Origin: an uncultured Poribacteria bacterium
GTDB taxonomy: Bacteria > Poribacteria > WGA-4E > PCPOR2b
Length of the DNA stretch: 64,000 nt
Direction of reading: 5' to 3'
Assembly: GCA_958296125.1 (NCBI GenBank)
Contig: OY282444.1
Coordinates: 4,633,266-4,697,265, forward strand
Under the pieces are notes generated by a model. The model did not search any database. It was given only the letters and a program-made list of their open reading frames with translations, and had not been told where the DNA came from. Each line of letters starts with the position of its first letter. Positions within the stretch are counted from its first letter, which is position 1. Of this stretch, positions 51,532 through 60,070 are shown piece after piece. The translations under genes were made by a program, and so were the position numbers.

Positions 51532-52899
51532 CTAAGTCGAAAGTATCCTCGATGCAGCGTGATGAATCTTCTCAGCGGTCCTGGAACCAATTCCCGGCAA
51601 TGATGAGAGCTCTTCCAACGTTGCTTGAACGATTGATTCAACCGTCGGAAAACCGGAATCCCTAAGGATCTCAGCAGTTTTGGTGCCGACCCCCTCCAAC
51701 TCGGTCAAATCAGATATAGCCGGGTGAGATTGAGAGTCCGTCTCGTCAGGATCTGATTCATCGACTGGGCGAGATGAGTCAACCGCTATGGGGCTGAATA
51801 ACTCCTCTGCAATTTCTTCCTTAAATTGCGTGTCCGCCTCAGATTCGCTTTTTATGTCGATTTTCCAACCTGTTAGTTTCGCGGCAAGCCGCGCATTCTG
51901 TCCACGCCGGCCAATTGCTAGGGACAATTGGTCATCCGGCACAACCACCTCGGCACCCGTATTTTCATCATTAATGTTCACCCGAACAACTTTAGCGGGT
52001 TGCAACGCGTTCGCAATGAAAAGTGTGGGATCCGAATTCCATTGGAGGAGATCTATTTTCTCACCCTCTAACTCCCTCACAACTGTTTGAACCCGTGAAC
52101 CTTTGACACCTACACAAGTGCCAACCGCGTCAATACTCTCATCTGTCGCAATGACAGCGACCTTTGCACGGTCCCCAGGATCGCGCGCAATGGCCTTAAT
52201 CCGAACTAAGCCATCATAAACTTCGGGAACTTCTATTTCAAACAGGCGAGCGATTAAACCGCTATGTGACCGGGAGAGAATAATTTGCGGTCCTTTTTGA
52301 TCTGCATTTACTTCCATGATTAAGCACTTCAGGGCATCACCCCGTCGATAATTGTGTGGGCGAGGCACCTCACTAAAAGGGAGGAGACCTTCCGTCCGCT
52401 CTAAATCCAAGATGATGTTGCCACGTTCGGTCCGTTGGAAATACCCGGTGATGACCTCTCCTTCCTGCTCCTTATATTCCTGATAAATCTGCTCTCGTTC
52501 TGCTTCCTTTATTTTTTGGACCAGGATTTGACGCGCCGTTTGGGCTTCGATCCTCCCAAATTCGCTCGGATCAATCTCAACCTCCATAACCTCATCTAGC
52601 CGGGCATCGGGTTTTATTTTTAATGCTTCCTCAATGGGAATTTCCGTAGCAAAGTGGTGCATAATCTCAACTACTTTTTTCGGCACGTAACATCTGATAT
52701 TCCCCAACTCGGGATCTATTTTAATCGACACCCCTCGTGTCGAACCGTAACGCCGCTTGGCTGCTGAGTATAAAGCTGCTTCAATGGCCTCAATAAAAAT
52801 CGTTTGCGGCAGCTCCGTCTGATCCACAATTTGGCGAATGGTCATGACTAGATTATTATTCATTGTATAAGCTCCACCATCCATCCAAAGCTTTACCAA
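51532..52899 (-). CDS. nusA: Transcription termination/antitermination factor NusA
   Basis: N-terminal domain, S1 and tandem KH domains, C-terminal HhH repeats. Confidence 0.95.
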   Translation of the reverse strand: MVKLWMDGGAYTMNNNLVMTIRQIVDQTELPQTIFIEAIEAALYSAAKRRYGSTRGVSIKIDPELGNIRCYVPKKVVEIMHHFATEIPIEEALKIKPDARLDEVMEVEIDPSEFGRIEAQTARQILVQKIKEAEREQIYQEYKEQEGEVITGYFQRTERGNIILDLERTEGLLPFSEVPRPHNYRRGDALKCLIMEVNADQKGPQIILSRSHSGLIARLFEIEVPEVYDGLVRIKAIARDPGDRAKVAVIATDESIDAVGTCVGVKGSRVQTVVRELEGEKIDLLQWNSDPTLFIANALQPAKVVRVNINDENTGAEVVVPDDQLSLAIGRRGQNARLAAKLTGWKIDIKSESEADTQFKEEIAEELFSPIAVDSSRPVDESDPDETDSQSHPAISDLTELEGVGTKTAEILRDSGFPTVESIVQATLEELSSLPGIGSRTAEKIHHAASRILST

Positions 52900-53348
52900 A
52901 TCAGTTGGATTTGGGCTTGAGTAATCTCTGAAATTACAATTTTCACCGTCTTCCCAGAAAACAGGGTCACGAAAATTTTCCCATCGCTGACCCGGTTCAG
53001 GGTGCCGTTGAATTGTGAAAAATCCCCGGCTGCAGTGGATACCTCCACTTGAACTGTCTCTCCCAAATTCCTGCGGAAATCGGCTTCTGTAATAAGCGGT
53101 CGATTCAGGCCCGGCGAAGCGACCTCAAGATTGTATGTGCCCCGTATCATGTCATGCACATTAAGAATTGGGGTCGCAATTCGGCTCACCTGTTGGCAAT
53201 CTTCGATACTTACGCCATTGGGCCTATGAATCAAAAGTTTTAACGTCTGGGTATCAACTTGATATTCGACATCAACTAACTCGATTCCCTCATCAGCTAG
53301 AACGGGTGATAACAGATCGGAAACAGAGGCTGCCAATGAAGATGTCAT
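52893..53348 (-). CDS. rimP: Ribosome maturation factor RimP
   Basis: Conserved RimP N-domain (LxDVEYxxxxxxLxLxI). First gene of the nusA operon. Confidence 0.9.
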   Translation of the reverse strand: MTSSLAASVSDLLSPVLADEGIELVDVEYQVDTQTLKLLIHRPNGVSIEDCQQVSRIATPILNVHDMIRGTYNLEVASPGLNRPLITEADFRRNLGETVQVEVSTAAGDFSQFNGTLNRVSDGKIFVTLFSGKTVKIVISEITQAQIQLIW

Positions 53349-53426
53349 AGTGTGTAACGTGCGCCTAAATCTTAGTGTTGACTCTCCAGCATTTCAACAT
53401 CTAGCTGAAATACCAAAAGGTGACAC

Positions 53427-53473
53427 ACAAAAAAACCGCGATTTGCCTTCCTCCTGAGAAGGATTTCTCGCGG
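53427..53473 (-). promoter_or_regulatory. Attenuator-like hairpin + U7 tract in the rimP-nusA-infB operon leader
   Basis: ccgcga..gaagg/ccttc..tcgcgg two-part stem followed by TTTTTTTG on the minus strand, about 80 nt upstream of the rimP start. Confidence 0.45.
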
Positions 53474-53546
53474 CAGACTAAATAGTATCATAAGGGGCAG
53501 AATAATGCAAGTAAAAATCAAAATTTGCAGATGAACCCCTCGATTA

Positions 53547-53596
53547 ATAAAAAAACGCCGTGTCGCTATATTTGAATTCCGAAAGCTCACGGCGTT
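53547..53596 (-). terminator. Rho-independent terminator after the anti-sigma factor gene
   Basis: aacgccgtg...cacggcgtt 9-bp stem followed by TTTTTTTA on the minus strand. Confidence 0.7.
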
Positions 53597-53629
53597 TTAT
53601 CAGGTGCTAGTTTGGAAATTGATGCAACT

Positions 53630-54169
53630 TTATTGAAAATTACTTGGGGTGGGTTGAATTGGAACTTCGTTGGACTTTTCTTTCTCTATCCTATCAGCTT
53701 TGAGCGAAGCGTGTTTCACATCACCTAGCCGAACAATGCGGACGTTCGGCGATGGCGGATGTATCAACGAAACGGGTGGGGGCTCCGTTGAACTGAAAAA
53801 TGTCAGCTTGACCATAAAGATTGTCAGCATCAAATAAAAGAGCATCGCAGTGTAGTTGACAAAGGTGGGATGGGGGCCCAATTTCATCGCAACAAGGATA
53901 CGCGCAATTGGATTCGCTAGGAAATCCCAGATGGAACGCCGGCTGGTTTGGCGGATTTGGGTCTGAATGCGATCGGCAAGTTCGGGTGGAGGAACAGGAT
54001 CCGGCATACTTTCGAGCACAACCGCTGTGTGTAACATCTCCTCATATTCGTTTTGGCAAATCTTACATTCGATGAGATGTCGTTTGTGCTCAAGCTTCTC
54101 CTGATATGTTAGATCCGGATGCTGATGCAGGCTAAAATCTTCGATAACTTGTTTACAGTCGAGACTCAT
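53630..54169 (-). CDS. Putative zinc-finger anti-sigma factor (single TM)
   Basis: N-terminal Cx..H...CxxC cysteine/histidine cluster (CKQV...HQHP...CKIC), central TM helix. Immediately downstream of the ECF sigma gene. Confidence 0.6.
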   Translation of the reverse strand: MSLDCKQVIEDFSLHQHPDLTYQEKLEHKRHLIECKICQNEYEEMLHTAVVLESMPDPVPPPELADRIQTQIRQTSRRSIWDFLANPIARILVAMKLGPHPTFVNYTAMLFYLMLTIFMVKLTFFSSTEPPPVSLIHPPSPNVRIVRLGDVKHASLKADRIEKEKSNEVPIQPTPSNFQ

Positions 54170-54250
54170 AGCTGTCCCTCTTCTACATTTTTTAATCGGA
54201 ATACGCTTGTATTTGACATACTCCCAAACCTATCTGTATCCCAAACACGC

Positions 54251-54342
54251 CTGTCCCCCTGGTCTGTCCGTGCCGAGACCTCCGTTCCGAGAGCCCCGCG
54301 AACGGGCCTGTCCCCGTTCCGAGGGCAGGTGGAACGGGAGAC
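54251..54342. repeat. Tandem GGAAC-containing palindromic repeat units (core TCCCCGTTCCGAG / GGAACGGG)
   Basis: Three related units (ctggtctgtccgtgccgagacc, tccgttccgagagccccgcgaacggg, tccccgttccgagggcaggtggaacgggag) with 8-bp stems. Located between the ECF sigma stop and the anti-sigma start. Confidence 0.65.
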
Positions 54343-54355
54343 AATCTATCTCGGC

Positions 54356-54928
54356 TTAGGGGGGGTGTAAACCTTCAAGTTTTGACTTGAGGTTCCTCAC
54401 GGCTGTATTCAGGCGCGAGGCAACCGTCCCCTCCGAACAATCAAGCAATTCGGCAATTTCACGATATTTCATCTGCTGCATATAAAACAGAGTGATAACC
54501 ATCCGCTGCTTCGAGGGCAATTGATTAATCGCATGTTGGACCAACTGGTCACGCTCTGTTTTCAGCAAAAGTCGATCTGGACACTCACTTGCATCTTGTC
54601 CTTCTCTGTCCTGAAGATCCTTCGTGTAGGATGTTAATGTGCGCTCACGAGAATCTGACTTACGTTTGTATTGTTGACAAACGTTAATTCCAACTCGGTA
54701 TAGCCACGTCAAAAACTTCGACTGGAATTGGAAGGATTGGATAGATTTGTAAGCTTCAAGAAACGCTTCTTGCGTCGCATCGGAAGCATCGTCAGGGTTG
54801 CCAAGCATCCGATAAGCAAGCCCGTAAATCCTGGCATGGTGGCGTTGCACCAATTCATTGAACGCTTCAGCATCGCCCTCAACTGTTTTTTGGACGTAGA
54901 TTTCGTCGGGAATCATAGGTCTGCCCAC
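54356..54928 (-). CDS. ECF RNA polymerase sigma factor (RpoE-like)
   Basis: Region 2 (YGLAYRMLGNPDDASDATQEAFLEAY, WLYRVGINV) and region 4 HTH (YREIAELLDCSEGTVASRL). Confidence 0.9.
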   Translation of the reverse strand: MGRPMIPDEIYVQKTVEGDAEAFNELVQRHHARIYGLAYRMLGNPDDASDATQEAFLEAYKSIQSFQFQSKFLTWLYRVGINVCQQYKRKSDSRERTLTSYTKDLQDREGQDASECPDRLLLKTERDQLVQHAINQLPSKQRMVITLFYMQQMKYREIAELLDCSEGTVASRLNTAVRNLKSKLEGLHPP

Positions 54929-55080
54929 TTGAACGTTCGAGTCAGTACCATTATCATATTAGTGAGAATATTTTACAAATTTCTTCATATTAAAACGTAT
55001 TTAGCAGGATCTTGGTTACACCGTAAGTCGGATTGCTACTAATCCCTGATGCTATGATGCGGGCCCGAGAGATTTTCTCA

Positions 55081-55108
55081 TTGACTTCGCCGTCCGAATG
55101 TGTATAAT
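55081..55108 (+). promoter_or_regulatory. Sigma-70-type promoter (TTGACT-N16-TATAAT) upstream of PhyH paralog 1 with about 170-nt leader
   Basis: Near-consensus -35/-10 with 16-bp spacer. Long leader containing small hairpins (cccttcggaaggg). Confidence 0.55.
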
Positions 55109-55277
55109 GGAGGTCGTTTCGGGAATCTTGAGACGATTGGCTACGAGTGCTTACATTAAACAGATTGAGAAGTCATCGACTATTAGTGACCCTTCGGAAG
55201 GGGGCGAGTCCCGCAATCAGGGATTTGGAGTTGAATATGGGAAAAAGACAGCTAAATCTTGTATGAGAGGAAGAAAT

Positions 55278-56021
55278 ATGTCCGATCTGAAGCAGGAACT
55301 ATTTGAAATTGATGTCTACGGTTTCACAATTCTTGAGAACGTCCTCGCTCCCGAAGAGGTGGCAGAGATGAAAGAGGCCCTGATCCGATTGATAGCGGAA
55401 AAGGGGGTTGATCGAGGAGATTGTATACACATCTCAAACCTACCGACGATGGATCCGGTCTTTTTCAAGATGATCGATCATCCGAAAATTTTGCCATTGT
55501 TGGAAGGGACCATGACCAATCGTTTGCCGCTGATTCTCGGCAGCCTCAATGCCCGCATCGTCCGCCCCGGCGATTCAGTGCAACGCCTACATGGAGACAT
55601 CCTTGAGGACTTGCTGAAGAAAGATGGGAAGCACCCTGTCATGATGAATACCGTCTGGATGCTAGATGATTTTACACCGGAGATTGGAGCGACCCGGATC
55701 GTGCCCGGCACACACAAAAGTGGGATAAGCCTGCCTCCTGAAGATATGCCGATTAAACATGTGTTGACAGCGACTGCACCGGCGGGAAGTGTTCTCGTTT
55801 TTAACGGCCAGTGTTGGCACGGCGGGGGCGCGAATACCGGCAATCGGAATCGTCATGCAATTTTCGGGCACTACCGGATCAGTCCGATGATGCGCTTTCA
55901 ACTTGACCCACATCACCGTTTTCCAGAGGAGTGGCTAAATCTACTCACAGATCGCCAAAAGCAACTGATGCGGATGGAGGACGGGGTGGGGGTGCCACAC
56001 GGCGCAGATCACTATGAATGA
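55278..56021 (+). CDS. Phytanoyl-CoA dioxygenase (PhyH) family Fe(II)/2-oxoglutarate oxygenase, paralog 1
   Basis: PhyH-type N-terminus (YGFTILENVL). HxD...H facial-triad candidates (HGD..., H near the C-terminus). Start assigned to the ATG at 55278 with an AGAGGAAG RBS (the ORF track extends to 55098). Confidence 0.8.
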   Translation: MSDLKQELFEIDVYGFTILENVLAPEEVAEMKEALIRLIAEKGVDRGDCIHISNLPTMDPVFFKMIDHPKILPLLEGTMTNRLPLILGSLNARIVRPGDSVQRLHGDILEDLLKKDGKHPVMMNTVWMLDDFTPEIGATRIVPGTHKSGISLPPEDMPIKHVLTATAPAGSVLVFNGQCWHGGGANTGNRNRHAIFGHYRISPMMRFQLDPHHRFPEEWLNLLTDRQKQLMRMEDGVGVPHGADHYE

Positions 56022-56033
56022 GGTGCTGGCGTT

Positions 56034-57368
56034 ATGAGGCGTTATCCCGAATATAAAGATAGTGGTATGGAGTTTATTGGAGACATACCGGCACATTGGG
56101 AATCAAAAAGATTGGGACAGGTTTCAACAATTTTCAAGGGAGGAACTCCAAGACGAAATGTTGATAGGTATTTTCAAGGTGACTTGCCTTGGGCGAGACC
56201 CGTTGATATCACAGCCCTAAAAGGTGCTTTATACATTAACGATACTGAAATTCATATTTCAGAAGAAGCCCTAGGCAACAGTGGTGCAAGGCGACTCCCC
56301 GCGGGAACGGTTTTGCTTACAAGTCGTGCAACAATTGGTGAAACCGCAATAACGACAGTACCGATGGCAACGAATCAAGGTTTTGCAAATTTTGTGTGCA
56401 ATGAACGGCTACTTAATATTCATCTTGTTTACTATCTTCAGGCAATAAAGGATTTGCTGATTTCTCTCGGAAGTGGTAGCACATTTTTGGAGGTAACAAA
56501 AGGAACTTTGGTGGGTGTAAAGATACCACTCCCACCATTCTCTGAACAAACCCAAATCGCCAACTTCCTTGACCGCAAGACAGGACAGATTGACGAGCTC
56601 ATCCGCATCAAAGAACGATTGCTAGAACTGCTGCACGAACAACGAACTGTCCTGATAAATGAGGTAGTGACGAAGGGGCTTGACCCAAATGCGGAGATGA
56701 AGCCGTCGGGCGTGGAGTGGATTGGGGAGATACCGAAACACTGGACTATGACAAGATTGAAGTATATTTCCAGCATTCCGGTGACTTATGGTCTTAATAT
56801 TGAGGCAGATAAATATACCACAGAAGGAATCAGATTGATTAGAATTACTGATATTGATGAAAATGGAGGCATCCGGCCGAAAGGAGTTTATCTGTCTGAA
56901 GACTGTGTTCCCCAAGAGCAGATGCTTAATAGTTATGATTTGCTTCTGGCTCGTAGTGGAGCAACAGTGGGAAAATCTTATCTACACCTTGAAGAAGGAA
57001 AATACACTAGTGCGGGCTATCTCGTTAGGTTTAACTTCAGTGATTACTGGACATCGAAATTTATCTACTACGTAACACTATCGCACTTTTATAGAAATTG
57101 GCTTGAGCAGCAGATAATTGTCTCGACAATCCAGAACGTCAATGGTGAAAAGTACTCAAATTTTCAGATCCCTATTCCTTTGCACCAAGAACGTAAACAA
57201 ATTGCCAACTTCCTCGACCACAAAACAGGACAGATTGACGAACTGATATCCGCAGAACAGCGAAAAGTCGAACTCCTCAAAGAATACCGTCAATCCCTGA
57301 TATTTGAAGCTGTGACCGGCAAAATTGATGTCCGAGTTGATGCGCTTGCCGAATCAAGCTCGGTTTAG
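56034..57368 (+). CDS. hsdS: Type I restriction-modification specificity subunit HsdS (orphan; two TRDs, duplicated conserved regions)
   Basis: Conserved regions PLPPFSEQTQIANFLDRKTGQIDELI (central) and QIANFLDHKTGQIDELI...EAVTGKIDV (C-terminal). Two variable TRDs. AT-rich. No hsdM or hsdR in the window. Confidence 0.85.
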   Translation: MRRYPEYKDSGMEFIGDIPAHWESKRLGQVSTIFKGGTPRRNVDRYFQGDLPWARPVDITALKGALYINDTEIHISEEALGNSGARRLPAGTVLLTSRATIGETAITTVPMATNQGFANFVCNERLLNIHLVYYLQAIKDLLISLGSGSTFLEVTKGTLVGVKIPLPPFSEQTQIANFLDRKTGQIDELIRIKERLLELLHEQRTVLINEVVTKGLDPNAEMKPSGVEWIGEIPKHWTMTRLKYISSIPVTYGLNIEADKYTTEGIRLIRITDIDENGGIRPKGVYLSEDCVPQEQMLNSYDLLLARSGATVGKSYLHLEEGKYTSAGYLVRFNFSDYWTSKFIYYVTLSHFYRNWLEQQIIVSTIQNVNGEKYSNFQIPIPLHQERKQIANFLDHKTGQIDELISAEQRKVELLKEYRQSLIFEAVTGKIDVRVDALAESSSV

Positions 57369-57383
57369 ACCGTTATCTATTAG

Positions 57384-57442
57384 AGAAACCGAGCTTTTCC
57401 GAAAAAACTCGGTTTCTTTGCACGATTTCTTAACATGAGCCT
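57384..57442 (-). repeat. MITE-like element copy C (truncated; left TIR ggctcatgttaagaa + 10-bp-stem hairpin)
   Basis: The reverse complement reads ggctcatgttaagaaatcgtgcaaagaaaccgag...ctcggtttct. The right TIR is absent. Located 16 bp after the hsdS2 stop. Confidence 0.65.
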
Positions 57443-57476
57443 CAAACATTACTCCGCAAGAGGAGGATATCAACGT

Positions 57477-58277
57477 ATGAACGATGCCGAAAAATATCTG
57501 TTCGATCTCAACGGCTATCTCGTCATTGAAGATGTACTTACGCCTGATGAGGTTGCCTTCGCCAACGAAGCCATTGACCGTCATCGGGACGAGGAACGCA
57601 CTCGCCCGCGCGATCAGGCCTTGGATGGCGGTTCTCCCGCGCTCAGAGGTGATAAGGGACGCGGGGAACTGGGCAATATGCTCAGTTGGGAAGAACCGTG
57701 GTGTAACCCCTTTCGAGAGATGCTAGCACACCCACGAATTGTCCCTTACCTCAACCAAATCCTCGGCAGAGGTTTTCGGATGGATCACCACATGTTTTTG
57801 CTATCAATGGAGAAAGGGGCAGAGGGATTCATCTTCCATGGATCCTCAGGGCCCGGCTTTGATCCGAACCAATACTATATCTTCCGTAATGGTCAAATGC
57901 ACTGTGGACTGACGGTCCTGGCGTTCCAACTCACTGATGTAAACCCGGGTGACGGTGGATTGATAGTCATCCCCGGCAGCCACAAGAGCAATTTTCCATG
58001 CCCTCAAGAGATACGGCGTTACGAGAACTATCAAGAGCATGTTCGGCAGATTGTGTGCAAAGCCGGCGGTGTCATCATCTTCACGGAAGCGGTGACACAC
58101 GGGACCCTGCCTTGGACATCGGACGAACCACGTCGGTCAATATTGACTCGCTATACAGCGGGGAACCTAGCGTATGTGCCCGCTTATCCCGTCCCTGAAT
58201 GGGCAGATGAGAGACAGCGGGCGGTTATGGAGCCGCCATATCATACGCGGCTAGACCGGCCCGTGTTGGACGAATAA
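57477..58277 (+). CDS. Phytanoyl-CoA dioxygenase (PhyH) family Fe(II)/2-oxoglutarate oxygenase, paralog 2
   Basis: N-terminus parallels paralog 1 (YLFDLNGYLVIEDVLTPDEV). His/Asp/His candidates (HxD region, GSHK). Start at the ATG at 57477 with a GGAGGA RBS. Confidence 0.8.
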   Translation: MNDAEKYLFDLNGYLVIEDVLTPDEVAFANEAIDRHRDEERTRPRDQALDGGSPALRGDKGRGELGNMLSWEEPWCNPFREMLAHPRIVPYLNQILGRGFRMDHHMFLLSMEKGAEGFIFHGSSGPGFDPNQYYIFRNGQMHCGLTVLAFQLTDVNPGDGGLIVIPGSHKSNFPCPQEIRRYENYQEHVRQIVCKAGGVIIFTEAVTHGTLPWTSDEPRRSILTRYTAGNLAYVPAYPVPEWADERQRAVMEPPYHTRLDRPVLDE

Positions 58278-58318
58278 ACACAGAAATCCTTCTGAATATC
58301 ACACAATTACGGTGAAAC

Positions 58319-58768
58319 ATGAGAGCTGTTATTCAACGTGTTAAATCTGCTAGTGTAACCGTCGAAGGGAGCACCGTATCGAAGATTCACAAGGGATTGC
58401 TCATTTTCCTCGGCGTTGCCCAAGAGGATACCCCTGCCGATGTTGATTATATGGCAGGCAAAATCGCCAATCTCCGAATCTTTGAAGATGACGAAGGACG
58501 AATGAATTTGTCCATTTTAGATGTCGGCGGCGAAGCCCTTGTCGTTTCTCAATTCACACTCTACGGCGATTGCCGCAAGGGAAGACGCCCCAGCTTCATC
58601 AACGCCGCTCGCCCTGAAAAAGCGGACCCGCTCTATCAAGCGTTCATGGACGAAATCTCGCGGTTGGGAGTGCCTGTTAAGGCTGGCGTATTTCAGGCGA
58701 TGATGGATGTCGAATTGATTAACGACGGGCCTGTCACGATACTACTAGATAGCAATAAGCTGTTTTGA
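58319..58768 (+). CDS. dtd: D-aminoacyl-tRNA deacylase
   Basis: MRAVIQRV...SQFTLYGD...NDGPVT canonical Dtd motifs. Confidence 0.95.
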   Translation: MRAVIQRVKSASVTVEGSTVSKIHKGLLIFLGVAQEDTPADVDYMAGKIANLRIFEDDEGRMNLSILDVGGEALVVSQFTLYGDCRKGRRPSFINAARPEKADPLYQAFMDEISRLGVPVKAGVFQAMMDVELINDGPVTILLDSNKLF

Positions 58769-58860
58769 CGCGTCAATGCTTTTATTTTTAGACGGCATAC
58801 GGAGTATACCTACTACTTTGATGAGACTTCACGCACAATTAGGCGCAAATTGCTAAACGG

Positions 58861-60048
58861 GTGGTGCACGGTTTGAATCGAACTCGAATTCTCTACGTTA
58901 TCGATTCTATGGGCAGGGGTGGGGCTGAGATACAGTTGTTCAAGACCTTAGCGCGACTGCCTCTCGATAGATTTGAAGCCTTTATCGTGTTAAGCCGTGA
59001 GCCCGGGGCTTCCTACGAGCAGCTTACAGCCCTCCCGATTGTCCAAGAAATTACCGTCCTGCATGGCGCAAGTCGCTCTGAATCCCAATCCCATCGGAGC
59101 AAATTTCCCATACTATCCTTGACGCGAAAGGCTTTCAGGTTAGCAGGGATTATAAAATCAGTGGAACCAGCAATTATCCACAGCTGGCTCTGGTATTCCA
59201 ATCTCCTCTGTGGTCTTGTCCGCCAAATCTCTCCAACCCTATCGGGGACGGGCCTGTCCTGCCCTCTGATTCTCTCACAGCGCGGGGACTACTACGCGAG
59301 ATATAATCGTTTCAGATTGTGGTTGACAGAAAAAATCATTTACTGTCACGCTGATGTTCTTTTAACCAATTCCGATCGCATCCGAGACAACCTTCGGCAC
59401 CGTTATCCCGACAAACGCATCCTAGCAATTCGGAATCTGATCGACCTACCTGACCTACAGCCACAATCATCCTCCGACGTTCCATCGCTCTGGCACATTG
59501 TGAGTGTTGGTCGCCTGACTGCGGAAAAGGGGCATCAATATCTCATCGAAGCGTTGCACCTGCTCAACACAAAGTTCAATCGACAAGATTTCACAGTGAC
59601 AATCCTCGGAGATGGTGCGTTGAAGACGGACTTAGAGCAGCTTGCCAATCGCTATCACCTATCGGATCGGATACAGATGCCCGGCTTCTGCGACGATGTT
59701 TTTTCTCTGCTATCCACCGCACATCTCTTTGTCCTACCATCGCTGCATGAAAGCTCACCAAATGCCCTCATCGAAGCGATGGGGGTTGGACTCCCTTGCA
59801 TCGCTTCGGGCAGCGGCGTTCGCGATCTCATTGACCATCAAGAAAATGGGCTACTGCTCCCACCCCGAGCGAGCGGAGCATTGGCGGAGGCAATTAACTG
59901 CCTCTTAACCGATCGAAAATTCGCAGCATGTCTGGGGAAGAATGCAAGGCAAAGAATTGAGGGGATGTTTAATAACGACAGGTCTATCCAGCAGTTGGAA
60001 GCGGTTTATCGGGATTCTCTTCGTATGATTTCCTTGAAACACGCTTAA
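58861..60048 (+). CDS. Glycosyltransferase family 4 (GT-B)
   Basis: C-terminal EX7E-like region (PSLHESSPNALIEAMGVGLPCIAS). Confidence 0.85.
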   Translation: MVHGLNRTRILYVIDSMGRGGAEIQLFKTLARLPLDRFEAFIVLSREPGASYEQLTALPIVQEITVLHGASRSESQSHRSKFPILSLTRKAFRLAGIIKSVEPAIIHSWLWYSNLLCGLVRQISPTLSGTGLSCPLILSQRGDYYARYNRFRLWLTEKIIYCHADVLLTNSDRIRDNLRHRYPDKRILAIRNLIDLPDLQPQSSSDVPSLWHIVSVGRLTAEKGHQYLIEALHLLNTKFNRQDFTVTILGDGALKTDLEQLANRYHLSDRIQMPGFCDDVFSLLSTAHLFVLPSLHESSPNALIEAMGVGLPCIASGSGVRDLIDHQENGLLLPPRASGALAEAINCLLTDRKFAACLGKNARQRIEGMFNNDRSIQQLEAVYRDSLRMISLKHA

Positions 60049-60070
60049 TGCGAATAAAGGAGGAAGCTTC

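Noticed and set aside
53372-53590. 72-aa minus-strand ORF in the rimP leader
   Set aside because: It spans two terminator hairpins and has no RBS. It is more plausibly a non-coding leader.
54280-54345. ECF-type promoter (GGAAC-N16-17-CGT) within the GGAAC repeat array for the anti-sigma gene
   Set aside because: The spacing between GGAAC and any CGT-like -10 is 11 nt or non-matching in every register examined.
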